Positions 28,236-36,883 of a stretch of DNA of 55,535 nt are shown here, piece after piece. This DNA is from Deltaproteobacteria bacterium (GTDB lineage: Bacteria; Myxococcota_A; UBA9160; SMWR01). Position 1 is the first letter of the stretch. Every line of letters begins with the position of its first letter. The DNA lies in contig JAFDBP010000234.1 in assembly GCA_019313245.1 (NCBI GenBank), positions 1 to 55,535 on the forward strand. The letters run 5' to 3'. Position numbers and translations under genes: made by a program. Below the pieces are notes generated by a model. That model saw only the letters and a program-made list of their open reading frames with translations. It did no database searches and had not been told where the DNA came from.

Positions 28236-29519
28236 ATGAGACCTGTGAGATTCCGATCGTTCTGGGTTTTTCTGGGCGCAGCGGCCTGGCTGGTCGTCTT
28301 CGCGGGGACTCAGGCGAACGCGGCCAACGATTTCCGGTTGAAGAAGACCTCGATTACGGACGCATGCGTAGAGTGCCACGACGAGTTCGTGGAAATCTTG
28401 AAGCGGCCTTTCCTGCACACCCCGGTCGCCAAGGGGGACTGCGCGGGCTGTCACAACCCACATACCTCGAAGCGCGCGATGCTATTGGATGCCGAATCCG
28501 GCAAGATCTGCCAGAGCTGTCACGAAGAGATGTTCGAAGGGGAAGCGCAGAGTTCCCACCGGATATTTGTGCAAGGCAAGTGCTTTTCATGCCACGATGC
28601 GCACGGCTCTGAAAACAAGCAGAATCTGATCCGAGCCGGGAGTGCGCTCTGCATCGAGTGTCACGACGAGCTGGGCCAAAAGCTCGCGACCAACAAATTC
28701 GAGCACGATCCCGTGACGGACAGTTGCGTGGAGTGTCACGATCCCCACGCATCGAAGAAGAGCGACAACCTTCTGGTGGATGCACAGCCCTCCCTGTGTC
28801 TGGATTGTCACGAGGCGAACGACGCGTCGTTCAAACAGGTGCACAAGAACTACCCCGTCGAAAAAGCTCGCTGTACGGCGTGCCACAATCCGCACGGCTC
28901 GAACACTGCAGGTATCCTGTTCGACAACGTTCACGAGCCGGTTGCCGAGCGGGCATGTGGCGAGTGCCACACCAAATCGACGTCATCGTCACCGTTTGCC
29001 CTCAAGGACGTCGGCCTCGATCTCTGCGAGGGTTGCCACTACGAAACGGTGGTCGATGCGCTCAACAAATCGATGGTGCACTGGCCGATGCTCGACGACA
29101 GAGGTTGTGTCAACTGCCATGCGCCACACGCCTCGGAAGAGGACTTTCTGCTGAAGGGAACGCAAGCCGAAGTCTGCAGCGAATGCCATACGGACACGGT
29201 GGATCGCCAGAAGCGATCGCGGACCGAGCACCCACCGATCGCGGAAGGGGCATGTGGTGAATGCCACGCTCCCCACAGCTCAGACAATACCTTCCTGATC
29301 AACCAGCCGACCGCGATCGAAGTCTGCGCAAAATGTCACGAATGGCAGAGGCATTCGTCGCATCCGATCGGCGAGGAGATCGTCGATCCCCGAAACGCCA
29401 ACGTCACCCTGGAATGCTCGAGTTGTCACCGGACGCACGGAACCGAATATGAGCACTTCATCTACTTCCGAACGAAGGACGAGCTGTGCGTCCAGTGCCA
29501 TACGAATCTTCGGAGATGA
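28236..29519 (+). CDS. multiheme c-type cytochrome, 16 CxxCH motifs (paralog of the 26-heme protein)
   Basis: 427 aa. ATG lies 4 nt after the upstream stop. Signal peptide ..GTQANA. 16 CxxCH counted, with the same alternating module pattern. Confidence 0.95.
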   Translation: MRPVRFRSFWVFLGAAAWLVVFAGTQANAANDFRLKKTSITDACVECHDEFVEILKRPFLHTPVAKGDCAGCHNPHTSKRAMLLDAESGKICQSCHEEMFEGEAQSSHRIFVQGKCFSCHDAHGSENKQNLIRAGSALCIECHDELGQKLATNKFEHDPVTDSCVECHDPHASKKSDNLLVDAQPSLCLDCHEANDASFKQVHKNYPVEKARCTACHNPHGSNTAGILFDNVHEPVAERACGECHTKSTSSSPFALKDVGLDLCEGCHYETVVDALNKSMVHWPMLDDRGCVNCHAPHASEEDFLLKGTQAEVCSECHTDTVDRQKRSRTEHPPIAEGACGECHAPHSSDNTFLINQPTAIEVCAKCHEWQRHSSHPIGEEIVDPRNANVTLECSSCHRTHGTEYEHFIYFRTKDELCVQCHTNLRR

Positions 29520-29523
29520 CAGA

Positions 29524-30426
29524 TTGAGGCGAACCTACGTTGCTATCGCTGCCCTGGCCCTGTTCCTGTGGATGCCACAGATCGCAGGCGCCGCGGAATA
29601 CGGCTTCAAATGGGTGACGTCGATCTACGCGGATGCCGACGGCATCGGACTGAAACGCCCCGAGGGTGTCGCGTGTGGCGAGAAACGCGTCGTGGTTGCC
29701 GACACCGGCAACCGGCGCCTCGTGCGCTACGGCTACGATGGTGACGAGGTGAGCGCCGAGAGGGTATTTCCGCTCGGAAAATCGAGTCCGACCGTCCTTC
29801 AATTCAACTCGAAGGGCGACCTCTATTTTCTCGACGGAAGAGACCGCCGGATCGTCGTATTGAAGGCGAGCGGCGAGCGAGTCGGATCCCTGAATCCGAA
29901 GAGCATGCCATCCTCCAAGGAAATCGTTCCGAAGAGCTTCCGGATCGACGGAGACGACAACATCTATATTCTCGACATCTTTTCCCAGCAAGTGATCATT
30001 CTCGATCCGGATTGGCAACTTTCCAGAACGATTCCGCTTCCGAAGGACCGCGGCTTCTTCTCGGACCTCGCGATCGATCGGCAGGGAAAGATCTACGTCG
30101 TGGACAGTGTCGAGGCGGTCGTCCACGTCGCGGTGAAGGGTGCGGAGACATTCACGCGATTCACCGAGAGCATGAAGGAGCTCGTGAATTTCCCGGCCAG
30201 ATTGACGATCGACGCTCAAGGAGTTCTGTATCTGGTCGACCAGAACGGCAGTGGTCTCGGACTGGTCGCCCCGGATGGTGCCTCACTCGGGCGGCGGCTT
30301 GGGCTCGGCTGGAACAAGAGCGGGCTCTATTACCCATCCCAGATTTGCATCAGCGCCGGCGGCAACGTGTTCATCGCCGACCGGAACAACAACCGCGTTC
30401 AGATGTTCACGGTATCTGCGGACTGA
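29524..30426 (+). CDS. secreted NHL-repeat beta-propeller protein
   Basis: TTG at 29524, with GGAG 9 nt upstream, gives MRRTYVAIAALALFLWMPQIAGA. The longer track ORF overlaps the cytochrome gene. Blades: RVVVADTGNRRLVRY, DLYFLDGRDRRIVVL, NIYILDIFSQQVIILD, KIYVVDSVEAVVHV, VLYLVDQNGSGLGLV, NVFIADRNNNRVQMF. Confidence 0.8.
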   Translation: MRRTYVAIAALALFLWMPQIAGAAEYGFKWVTSIYADADGIGLKRPEGVACGEKRVVVADTGNRRLVRYGYDGDEVSAERVFPLGKSSPTVLQFNSKGDLYFLDGRDRRIVVLKASGERVGSLNPKSMPSSKEIVPKSFRIDGDDNIYILDIFSQQVIILDPDWQLSRTIPLPKDRGFFSDLAIDRQGKIYVVDSVEAVVHVAVKGAETFTRFTESMKELVNFPARLTIDAQGVLYLVDQNGSGLGLVAPDGASLGRRLGLGWNKSGLYYPSQICISAGGNVFIADRNNNRVQMFTVSAD

Positions 30427-30447
30427 CGCTGGTCCGACGGAAAATTC

Positions 30448-31836
30448 TCAGTTAATGCCGAATTTCTTGATCTGGTATCGCAGCGAGTCGTAAGAGATAC
30501 CCAGCAGTTTTGCCGCCTTCGTCTGGTTGTTTTTGGAGCGCTTCAGGGCCTGCCCGATCAGATCTTTTTCCAGCGCCTCGAGCGAGATGCCATCCTCCGG
30601 CAGGATGAAGGTGTTGGGGTCGATGCGTTCTGCGAACGTCCCCTTCGTCAATGCGGCCGGTAGGTGCTGCGGGAGAATCGTCTCGGTATTTTCGAGCACG
30701 ACGATCCGCTCCACCACGTTCTTCAGTTCCCGGCAGTTGCCCTTCCACTGATAGGCGCGCAGGATTTCCTCTGCCTCGGGGGAGAAACCCCTGATCGCCT
30801 TCTTCAGGTAGGTCTGGGAAAAGACCTCGAGAAAATGCCTCGCGAGCAGCGGGATGTCCTCTTTTCGTTCGCGAAGCGGCGGGATGTGAAGCGGGAAGGT
30901 ATTCAATCGGTAGAACAGATCGGCCCGAAACTTCTCGCTCGCCGCCGCTTCTTCGAGGTTCGTATTCGTGGTGACGATCACGGTCACGTCGATCGGAATG
31001 TCTGTCTTTCCTCCGAGACGCCGCACCGATCGGTCTTCGAGAACCCGGAGCAACTTGCTCTGAAGGCTCATCTGCATGTCGCCGATCTCGTCCAGCAGGA
31101 TCGTCCCGCCGTTTGCCAGTTCGAACATTCCCTTCTTATCGGACTTCGCGTCGGTGAAAGCCCCCTTCACGTGACCGAAGAGTTCACTCTCGAACAATTG
31201 CTCGGGAAGCGCCGTGCAGTTCACGGCGATGAACGGGGCGTATTCACCATTTCGATCCCCGTGAAGGCGATTGTGGATATACCGCGCCGCAACCTCCTTT
31301 CCGGTTCCCGATTCGCCCGTGATGAGCACGATCCGCACCTGGGCTTTGGCGAGCTTCTCTCCCTTTTCTCTGAGTTCGGCGATGGCCGGAGACTCACCGA
31401 TCATCTCGGCTGCGTGCTCGGCAATCTTGGCCTTGCGCAGGTAGTCGACTTCCTCTCTCAGCCGTTCCTTCTCGATGATGTTGGCGATGACGAGTTTCAC
31501 CTCGTCCATGTTGAACGGCTTGGTGAGGTAGTCGGCGGCGCCGAGCTTCATCGCGGTGATCGCCGATTCGGCGGAGTCGTCCGCGGTCAGCATCACGACC
31601 TGCCCGGGGATCTCCTCGCGCTTCAGTTCCTCGAGGATCGCGAGCCCGCTCTTGTCTTCGTCGAGGTGAATGTCGAGCAATATGAGATCTGGATACCAAG
31701 CGGCGATCTTGTTGATGACGTCATCGGTGCTCGTCTCGCTCTGTACCTCGTAGCCGGCTTTCTTCAACGACCGCTCGAGCATGGACGAAATGAGTTCATC
31801 GTCATCGAGCAGGAAGAGTCGCCCGTTGATGGTCAT
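30448..31836 (-). CDS. sigma-54-dependent response regulator (NtrC family: receiver + AAA+ + Fis-type HTH)
   Basis: LLDDDE..DLILLDIHL receiver. GESGTGKEVAARYIH Walker A. GAFTDA (a GAFTGA variant). C-terminal NQTKAAKLLGISYDSLRYQIKKFGI. Confidence 0.9.
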   Translation of the reverse strand: MTINGRLFLLDDDELISSMLERSLKKAGYEVQSETSTDDVINKIAAWYPDLILLDIHLDEDKSGLAILEELKREEIPGQVVMLTADDSAESAITAMKLGAADYLTKPFNMDEVKLVIANIIEKERLREEVDYLRKAKIAEHAAEMIGESPAIAELREKGEKLAKAQVRIVLITGESGTGKEVAARYIHNRLHGDRNGEYAPFIAVNCTALPEQLFESELFGHVKGAFTDAKSDKKGMFELANGGTILLDEIGDMQMSLQSKLLRVLEDRSVRRLGGKTDIPIDVTVIVTTNTNLEEAAASEKFRADLFYRLNTFPLHIPPLRERKEDIPLLARHFLEVFSQTYLKKAIRGFSPEAEEILRAYQWKGNCRELKNVVERIVVLENTETILPQHLPAALTKGTFAERIDPNTFILPEDGISLEALEKDLIGQALKRSKNNQTKAAKLLGISYDSLRYQIKKFGIN

Positions 31837-33680
31837 CAGGCGCTGACCTCGCTCGCCTGCTCGATCGGCAGGTGGATCGTAAACGTCAATCCCCCTTCCG
31901 GGTTGCGAGCGGCTTCGATGGTTCCGTTTTGTTGTTCGATCAGACGCTTACAGATCGACAATCCCAGCCCCGTACCTTTGGGTTTGGTGGTGAAGAACGG
32001 CAGAAAGATCTTTTCGAGACCCGACTCGATGATCCCCTTGCCGTTGTCGGAAACTACGATTTGAATCCAACCGTCCACCTTCGCGGAAGTCGCCAGTCGA
32101 ATCGTCCCCCGGTCGTGGACAGCGTGGACGGCGTTGAGTAGAAGATTGAGAATCACCTGTTGTAGCTGCGCGGCATCGGCGACGATCAGGGGAATATCGT
32201 TCAAGTCCTTGACGAACTCAATCGCCTTGGGTGGCCTCGATGGCCCTTCCTCGCCGGGTCCTTTCAGCGAATACTTGGCGGCCTTGATCGCGGCTTCGAT
32301 GATCCGGTTCACGTCGATCGGAGTGAATTGCGGGACGGGCGGCTTGGCGTAGCTGAGCAGGTTCTTCAGCAACGTCTCGATCCGGTTGATTTCCGCGACG
32401 ATTCGCTCGAACAATTCGGCGTCATCTCTTGCGAGATTGAGTTCGGCGGACAGGATTTCGATCGACAATTTGATGCCGGCGAGGGGGTTCTTGATTTCGT
32501 GGGCGAGGCCGGCCGCCATCTCACCTACGACGACCAGCTGTTCCGTTCGTTGCAGTGCTTCTTCGGTCTGCTTCCTTTCGGTGATGTCCTTGTCGAAGGC
32601 GAGGATGTATTTCTGGTCCTCGAATTCCAGCATGCCTGCACTGATTTCGACGGGGAAGACGCTGCCGTCCTTCTTGCGGTGTGAGACCTCGGCGTCGATC
32701 CACTCGCCGCGCAAGATGCGGTCGATTCTCTCGGCGCGTCCAGCCGCGGATTCGGGCGTTTCGAGATCCTGGATCCGCATTCCCGCCAGTTCTTCCACCG
32801 AATAGCCGTGCATGACGGCGGCCGCCCGGTTGGCGGACACGATCCGCCCCACGTTTTCGCCTTCGGCTTCGAGCATGAAGATGGCGTCTCCGGCGCTCTC
32901 GAAGAGCATCCGATAGCGCTTCTGGTTCTCCTCGAGTGTGCGGAACATCTCCATCAGCGAGCGCGCCATTTCGTTGATGGATTCGCCGAGTTCGCCGAAT
33001 TCATCCTCGAGCCCTTCGATCTTGTGTTCGAGGTCGCCGGTCTTCAGCTTTCTGGTGGTGTCGAGGAGGGCCTCGACGGAGCTGGTGAAATCCCGGATGA
33101 AGAACAGCGCGATCACCAGGCCGAAGGCCGGCCCGGCGATCACGAGTACGGTCATCAGTTGTTTCGTTTTGGCAATGCTGTTCTTGGCGATCTCCGTCTT
33201 GTCCGAAAGAGTCTCCGACGAGAGTTCGATGATATCGTCGATTTCCTGGATGATCTGCTGCCCGATGTGGAAGGCGATCTGCTTTTCACCGTACACGCGT
33301 GCAGCATTTGCGCGGGTGGTGTACACGCGGCTGAGCGCCTCCTGGTAGAGGTGGATCTCTTCATGCAACGCGACCAACTGGCTGTCGGCGGGATCGTCGT
33401 GGTGGCAATCGAAACAGCCCTCGACTTCCTGGCGCATCTTCTCGCCGTGCTTGACGAATGTGTCGACCGTCGTGGCGTGCGGGGAGTCCTTCAGCAGGAG
33501 GTCCTGCTGAACCGCCTTGACGTCGGTGAGCAGGTTCTTTCGCAGGATTTCGACCTGATGGAGGGTGATGATGGTCTCGAGTTTCCAGATCACGTCGTCG
33601 ATCGATCGCGTGATGTAGAGCCCCCCCGCGATCAGCAGTGTCGTGAGGATGGCGAATCCGATGAAAATCTTCCGCTTCAT
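31836..33680 (-). CDS. sensor histidine kinase (TM - periplasmic domain with CxxCH - TM - HAMP - PAS - HisKA - HATPase)
   Basis: 614 aa. CFDCH at residues 89-93 (nt 33402-33416), between TM1 and TM2. H-box AAGLAHEIKNPL. G-boxes DNGKGI and GTGLGLSICK. The stop shares 1 nt with the response-regulator start. Confidence 0.9.
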   Translation of the reverse strand: MKRKIFIGFAILTTLLIAGGLYITRSIDDVIWKLETIITLHQVEILRKNLLTDVKAVQQDLLLKDSPHATTVDTFVKHGEKMRQEVEGCFDCHHDDPADSQLVALHEEIHLYQEALSRVYTTRANAARVYGEKQIAFHIGQQIIQEIDDIIELSSETLSDKTEIAKNSIAKTKQLMTVLVIAGPAFGLVIALFFIRDFTSSVEALLDTTRKLKTGDLEHKIEGLEDEFGELGESINEMARSLMEMFRTLEENQKRYRMLFESAGDAIFMLEAEGENVGRIVSANRAAAVMHGYSVEELAGMRIQDLETPESAAGRAERIDRILRGEWIDAEVSHRKKDGSVFPVEISAGMLEFEDQKYILAFDKDITERKQTEEALQRTEQLVVVGEMAAGLAHEIKNPLAGIKLSIEILSAELNLARDDAELFERIVAEINRIETLLKNLLSYAKPPVPQFTPIDVNRIIEAAIKAAKYSLKGPGEEGPSRPPKAIEFVKDLNDIPLIVADAAQLQQVILNLLLNAVHAVHDRGTIRLATSAKVDGWIQIVVSDNGKGIIESGLEKIFLPFFTTKPKGTGLGLSICKRLIEQQNGTIEAARNPEGGLTFTIHLPIEQASEVSA

Positions 33681-33716
33681 TGACTGCTCTGGCCGGAATG
33701 GGTCTGCCGGGCAAAC

Positions 33717-34652
33717 TCAAAAATTCAAGTAGTCGTAGGTCTCGAGATCGAGGCCGATCGTATCGGCGTATTCGAAAACCGCGTTGTAATCCGCTTCGGT
33801 CGTATCGATGAAGCGCGCTGCCCCGAATTCGCTCAGGATCTGCTTGCCGATCTTGTTCTGATCCATGCTCAGGAGCTCGATTCGAAGGTCGTTCTTGATC
33901 GACTCGTCGAGGTCGGCTCTCACACACAGGGCGTTTTCGGGCACGTCGGGAGATCTCGTGAGGATCGTCAATTCCTCCGACACCCTCGGGTTCTTGGCAA
34001 CGAGTGCCGCGAACACCGTGTTCTTGGCAGCTCCGATATCGGTCTTTCGCTCCAGCAGATCGTTGATCACCCCATCGTGGGTGCCCGCGAAATAGGTCTC
34101 CTTCAGGAAGCTCTCGGGATCGTCGATGCCGTGGGTCTTGAAGTAGTAGAGGGGCAGCAGATAACCCGCGGTGGTGGCCTTGTCGACGAACGCGAACCGC
34201 TTCCCCCGCATGTCTTCGATGTCGGTGATTCCGCTGTCTTTGCGGACCAGGAGCAGACCGTGGTAGGTCGAAGTGCCGTCGGGATATTCGGGCCTGGCGA
34301 TGGCTTCTACATGGAGCTTCCGATGGGCCAGTGCGCCGGTGAAGCTGCCAAAGAAGGCGCCGTCGAGGCGGTTGGAGACGAAGTTCTCGATGATGTTGCC
34401 ATACCGGGAGAGCACGACGAGCTCCACGTTCGCGTGAACGCGCTCCGAGAGGTATTCGGCGATCGGTTGGTAGCGCTGCTTCTGGCTGAAGATGTTTCGT
34501 TCGGGAATCAGTCCGATCCGAATCGTGGGCCAGCTCTCTCGGTTCTCGGGCTCGGTGTCTTGCTGGTCGGCGCAGCCCATCGCGAAAGCGACGAGCGCGA
34601 GGACGGCGATCGAAAGGATTCTGCGGTGAAGGTCTGCCGATGGAAAGCTCAC
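33717..34652 (-). CDS. PhnD-like periplasmic substrate-binding lipoprotein (phosphonate/phosphite-binding fold)
   Basis: GTG at 34652 lies 6 nt after GAGGAG. Lipobox LVAFAMGC. IRIGLIPERN..YQPIAEYL..VELVVLSRYGNIIENF..LDGAFFGS is typical of the PhnD/TIGR01098-like fold. No ABC permease or ATPase is adjacent. Confidence 0.75.
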   Translation of the reverse strand: MSFPSADLHRRILSIAVLALVAFAMGCADQQDTEPENRESWPTIRIGLIPERNIFSQKQRYQPIAEYLSERVHANVELVVLSRYGNIIENFVSNRLDGAFFGSFTGALAHRKLHVEAIARPEYPDGTSTYHGLLLVRKDSGITDIEDMRGKRFAFVDKATTAGYLLPLYYFKTHGIDDPESFLKETYFAGTHDGVINDLLERKTDIGAAKNTVFAALVAKNPRVSEELTILTRSPDVPENALCVRADLDESIKNDLRIELLSMDQNKIGKQILSEFGAARFIDTTEADYNAVFEYADTIGLDLETYDYLNF

Positions 34653-34674
34653 CGGGATACTCCTCGTATCGATC

Positions 34675-34695
34675 CGGAATTCCTCGCGAATTCCG
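34675..34695. promoter_or_regulatory. inverted repeat CGGAATTC-N5-GAATTCCG just upstream of the binding-protein/kinase/regulator operon
   Basis: Perfect 8-bp arms with a 5-bp spacer, 23-43 nt upstream of the GTG start at 34652. Either an operator or a 5'-UTR hairpin. Confidence 0.4.
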
Positions 34696-34808
34696 ACATG
34701 GTGGAATTGTGCGAGCAGGTGGAGACGGCGGCGCACCCCCACACGAGACGATAGCAAGTGGGCCGAGGCAGCCGCCAGCGTCCGGCTCCACGGCGATCCG
34801 GCGGGCTT

Positions 34809-36506
34809 TCAGTCGCTCTCTTCCGGCAGGGCGCCCTTTTCCAGGTGCGGCTTGTCTTCCCCGATCCACTTCAGGAACGAGAGGATGGAGATCAGGACGC
34901 AGGCCATCAGGGGGATCGCGACGCCGAGGGACGAGACCTTGAGCGCCGTGAGCACCGATGTCGTCGCCACACCGGTCGATTCCACGCCCGCCGCCACGCC
35001 CTCAGCTGCCGCTGCGCCCTGCTTGACGACCTCGTCCTGATACATCAGCGCGAGCGCGATGCCGCCCAGGAAGATCGCCCAGATGACCCGGTTGAACAGG
35101 TGGGGCTCTACGTCGGTCCCCTCGGCCATGTCCTTCGATGCGACCGTCGCGATCGCGTAGGCGGAGGAATTCACCGTCGTGGCGGAATAGACGAAGCCGA
35201 CGAAGATGAAGATGACGAGGATCAGGATGGCGAGCGGCCCGATCTCGGTGAGGTGCATCAGTGCACCGACGATCGCCGCGCTCTCGCCCTGGCTGGCGCT
35301 CACGGCCAGAAAGTCGAACCGGCCGGTCAGATACTGGTACATCGCGTTGCTTCCAAAGATCCCGAAGAACATCGCGCAGCCGAGCGTGCCAAAGGCCTGG
35401 GCCGTGAAGACCACGTCGCGGAAGGTTCTGCCGCGAGAGATTCGCGCCATGAAGATGCCCATGTAGGGCGCATAGGCGATGTACCAGGCCCAGTAGAACA
35501 CGGTCCATGTCTGCGGAAACTTGTTGGTGTAACTCGACGCTTCGCCCGCCAGAAACTGCTGGTAGGCATCCGCAGTGAAGTGAGGCGAGGTGTAGAAGGA
35601 CATGCGGATGAAGTTGTTGAGCATCAGGCCGATGCTGTCGGTCAGGCTGTTGAGCATGTACCAGGTCGGTCCGACGAGAAAGACCACGCCGCACAGGACG
35701 AAGATCGCGAACAGGTTGACGTCGCTGAGCATTCGGATGCCCTTCTTCAACCCGAGGCCGACCGTGATGGTGAAGATGGCGGTCCAGATCAAGACGATGA
35801 CGACGTCGACGCCAAAGGTGTGGGTCAGTCCGAACAGCTCGCAGACCGCCTCCGACAGCATCGGAGTCGCCGAGACCAGTGTCGTTCCGGTGCCGCCGAC
35901 GAGGCCGAAGATGAACAGCGTGTCGATGGCCTTTCCGAGCGAGCCGTTCATGCGGCCCTCACCGAGGATGGCGGAGCAGGACGTCGAGAGTCGGAGGGTT
36001 GATTTCTTTCGGTTGTAGAACGCGTAACCGATCGGAAAGGCGCAGATGCTGTAGAGCACCCAGCCGAGCGGGCCCCAGTGGAAGAGGCCGTAGGCGGAGG
36101 CCCAGCGCGAGGCCTCCAGGCTCATCGGCTCGATGTCGAATGGGGGGGCGACGTAGTGGTAGGCCCATTCCTTGCTCGCCCATGCCATCAGCGCGGTGCC
36201 AATTCCGGCACAGAAGAACATCGCCACCCAGCTCAGTCGGCTGAATTCCGGTCGCGCGTCGGGGCCGCCGAAGCGAACCCTGCCGTATTTGCCAAATGCG
36301 AGGTACAGCTCCACGCCGAAGCAGAACAGGGTAAACCAGATGTACACCGCGCCGAGCTGGTTGGTGCTGAATTTGAAGATGCTGTCGATGACCGCGCTGG
36401 CTCTGTCCCCGGCCAGGAACAGGAACAGGATGGCGGCCAGTATGACCGCGAAGCCGCTCGCGAAGATCTGGATTTCGATCGGAGCGGATCTTTTGCTCTC
36501 CGCCAT
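34809..36506 (-). CDS. BCCT-family (betaine/carnitine/choline) transporter
   Basis: 565 aa with about 12 TM helices. GKYGRVRFGGPDARPEFSRLSWVAMFFCAGIGTALM and WTVFYWAWYIAYAPYMGIFMARISRGRT are hallmark BCCT blocks. Confidence 0.9.
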   Translation of the reverse strand: MAESKRSAPIEIQIFASGFAVILAAILFLFLAGDRASAVIDSIFKFSTNQLGAVYIWFTLFCFGVELYLAFGKYGRVRFGGPDARPEFSRLSWVAMFFCAGIGTALMAWASKEWAYHYVAPPFDIEPMSLEASRWASAYGLFHWGPLGWVLYSICAFPIGYAFYNRKKSTLRLSTSCSAILGEGRMNGSLGKAIDTLFIFGLVGGTGTTLVSATPMLSEAVCELFGLTHTFGVDVVIVLIWTAIFTITVGLGLKKGIRMLSDVNLFAIFVLCGVVFLVGPTWYMLNSLTDSIGLMLNNFIRMSFYTSPHFTADAYQQFLAGEASSYTNKFPQTWTVFYWAWYIAYAPYMGIFMARISRGRTFRDVVFTAQAFGTLGCAMFFGIFGSNAMYQYLTGRFDFLAVSASQGESAAIVGALMHLTEIGPLAILILVIFIFVGFVYSATTVNSSAYAIATVASKDMAEGTDVEPHLFNRVIWAIFLGGIALALMYQDEVVKQGAAAAEGVAAGVESTGVATTSVLTALKVSSLGVAIPLMACVLISILSFLKWIGEDKPHLEKGALPEESD

Positions 36507-36883
36507 CCGCGCATCTCCTCCCGCGGTTCGCCAGCCCCGGGCTCATCGGGGCGATCGGTGCCGTTGGCGCCTGGTTTGATAGCGCAAGCCTTCGAGATCT
36601 CTCCATTTCGGGTTTCTCGCGCTCGCGGGCGCCGGATTGCGACCGCCGGGAGATTCGAACCTGCGGGAGGGGGGGCAGGGCTGCGTTGGGACCGGATCCC
36701 GCCCCCGGCTCTTGAAAGGGCCCGCCTCTGGGGGCTATCCGTGTCGTGGCCCCCCGCTGCCGCAGGTGTCGGAGATCGATCGAGTTTCTGGATGAATCGA
36801 ACCGATTATCCTCCACGCGGCAGCCCGACGACTTTCACGAGTGATCCACGCCCGGCCCCGAGCGGTGACCGGCGGAGAAGCGG

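Noticed and set aside
33361-36002. Large overlapping ORFs at 33361-34869 (minus), 34758-36002 (plus) and 35002-35694 (minus).
   Set aside because: They are alternative or antisense frames of the PhnD-like, kinase and BCCT genes. They are low-complexity Arg/Pro/Gly-rich and have no motifs.
36648-36667. The tRNA-like T-loop sequence GGGAGATTCGAACCTGCGGG (GGTTCGAATC on the minus strand), which could indicate a tRNA gene or an integration scar.
   Set aside because: The flanking 5-nt arms are not complementary (GCAGG versus CTCCC). No matching acceptor stem or D-arm could be built, and no integrase is nearby.
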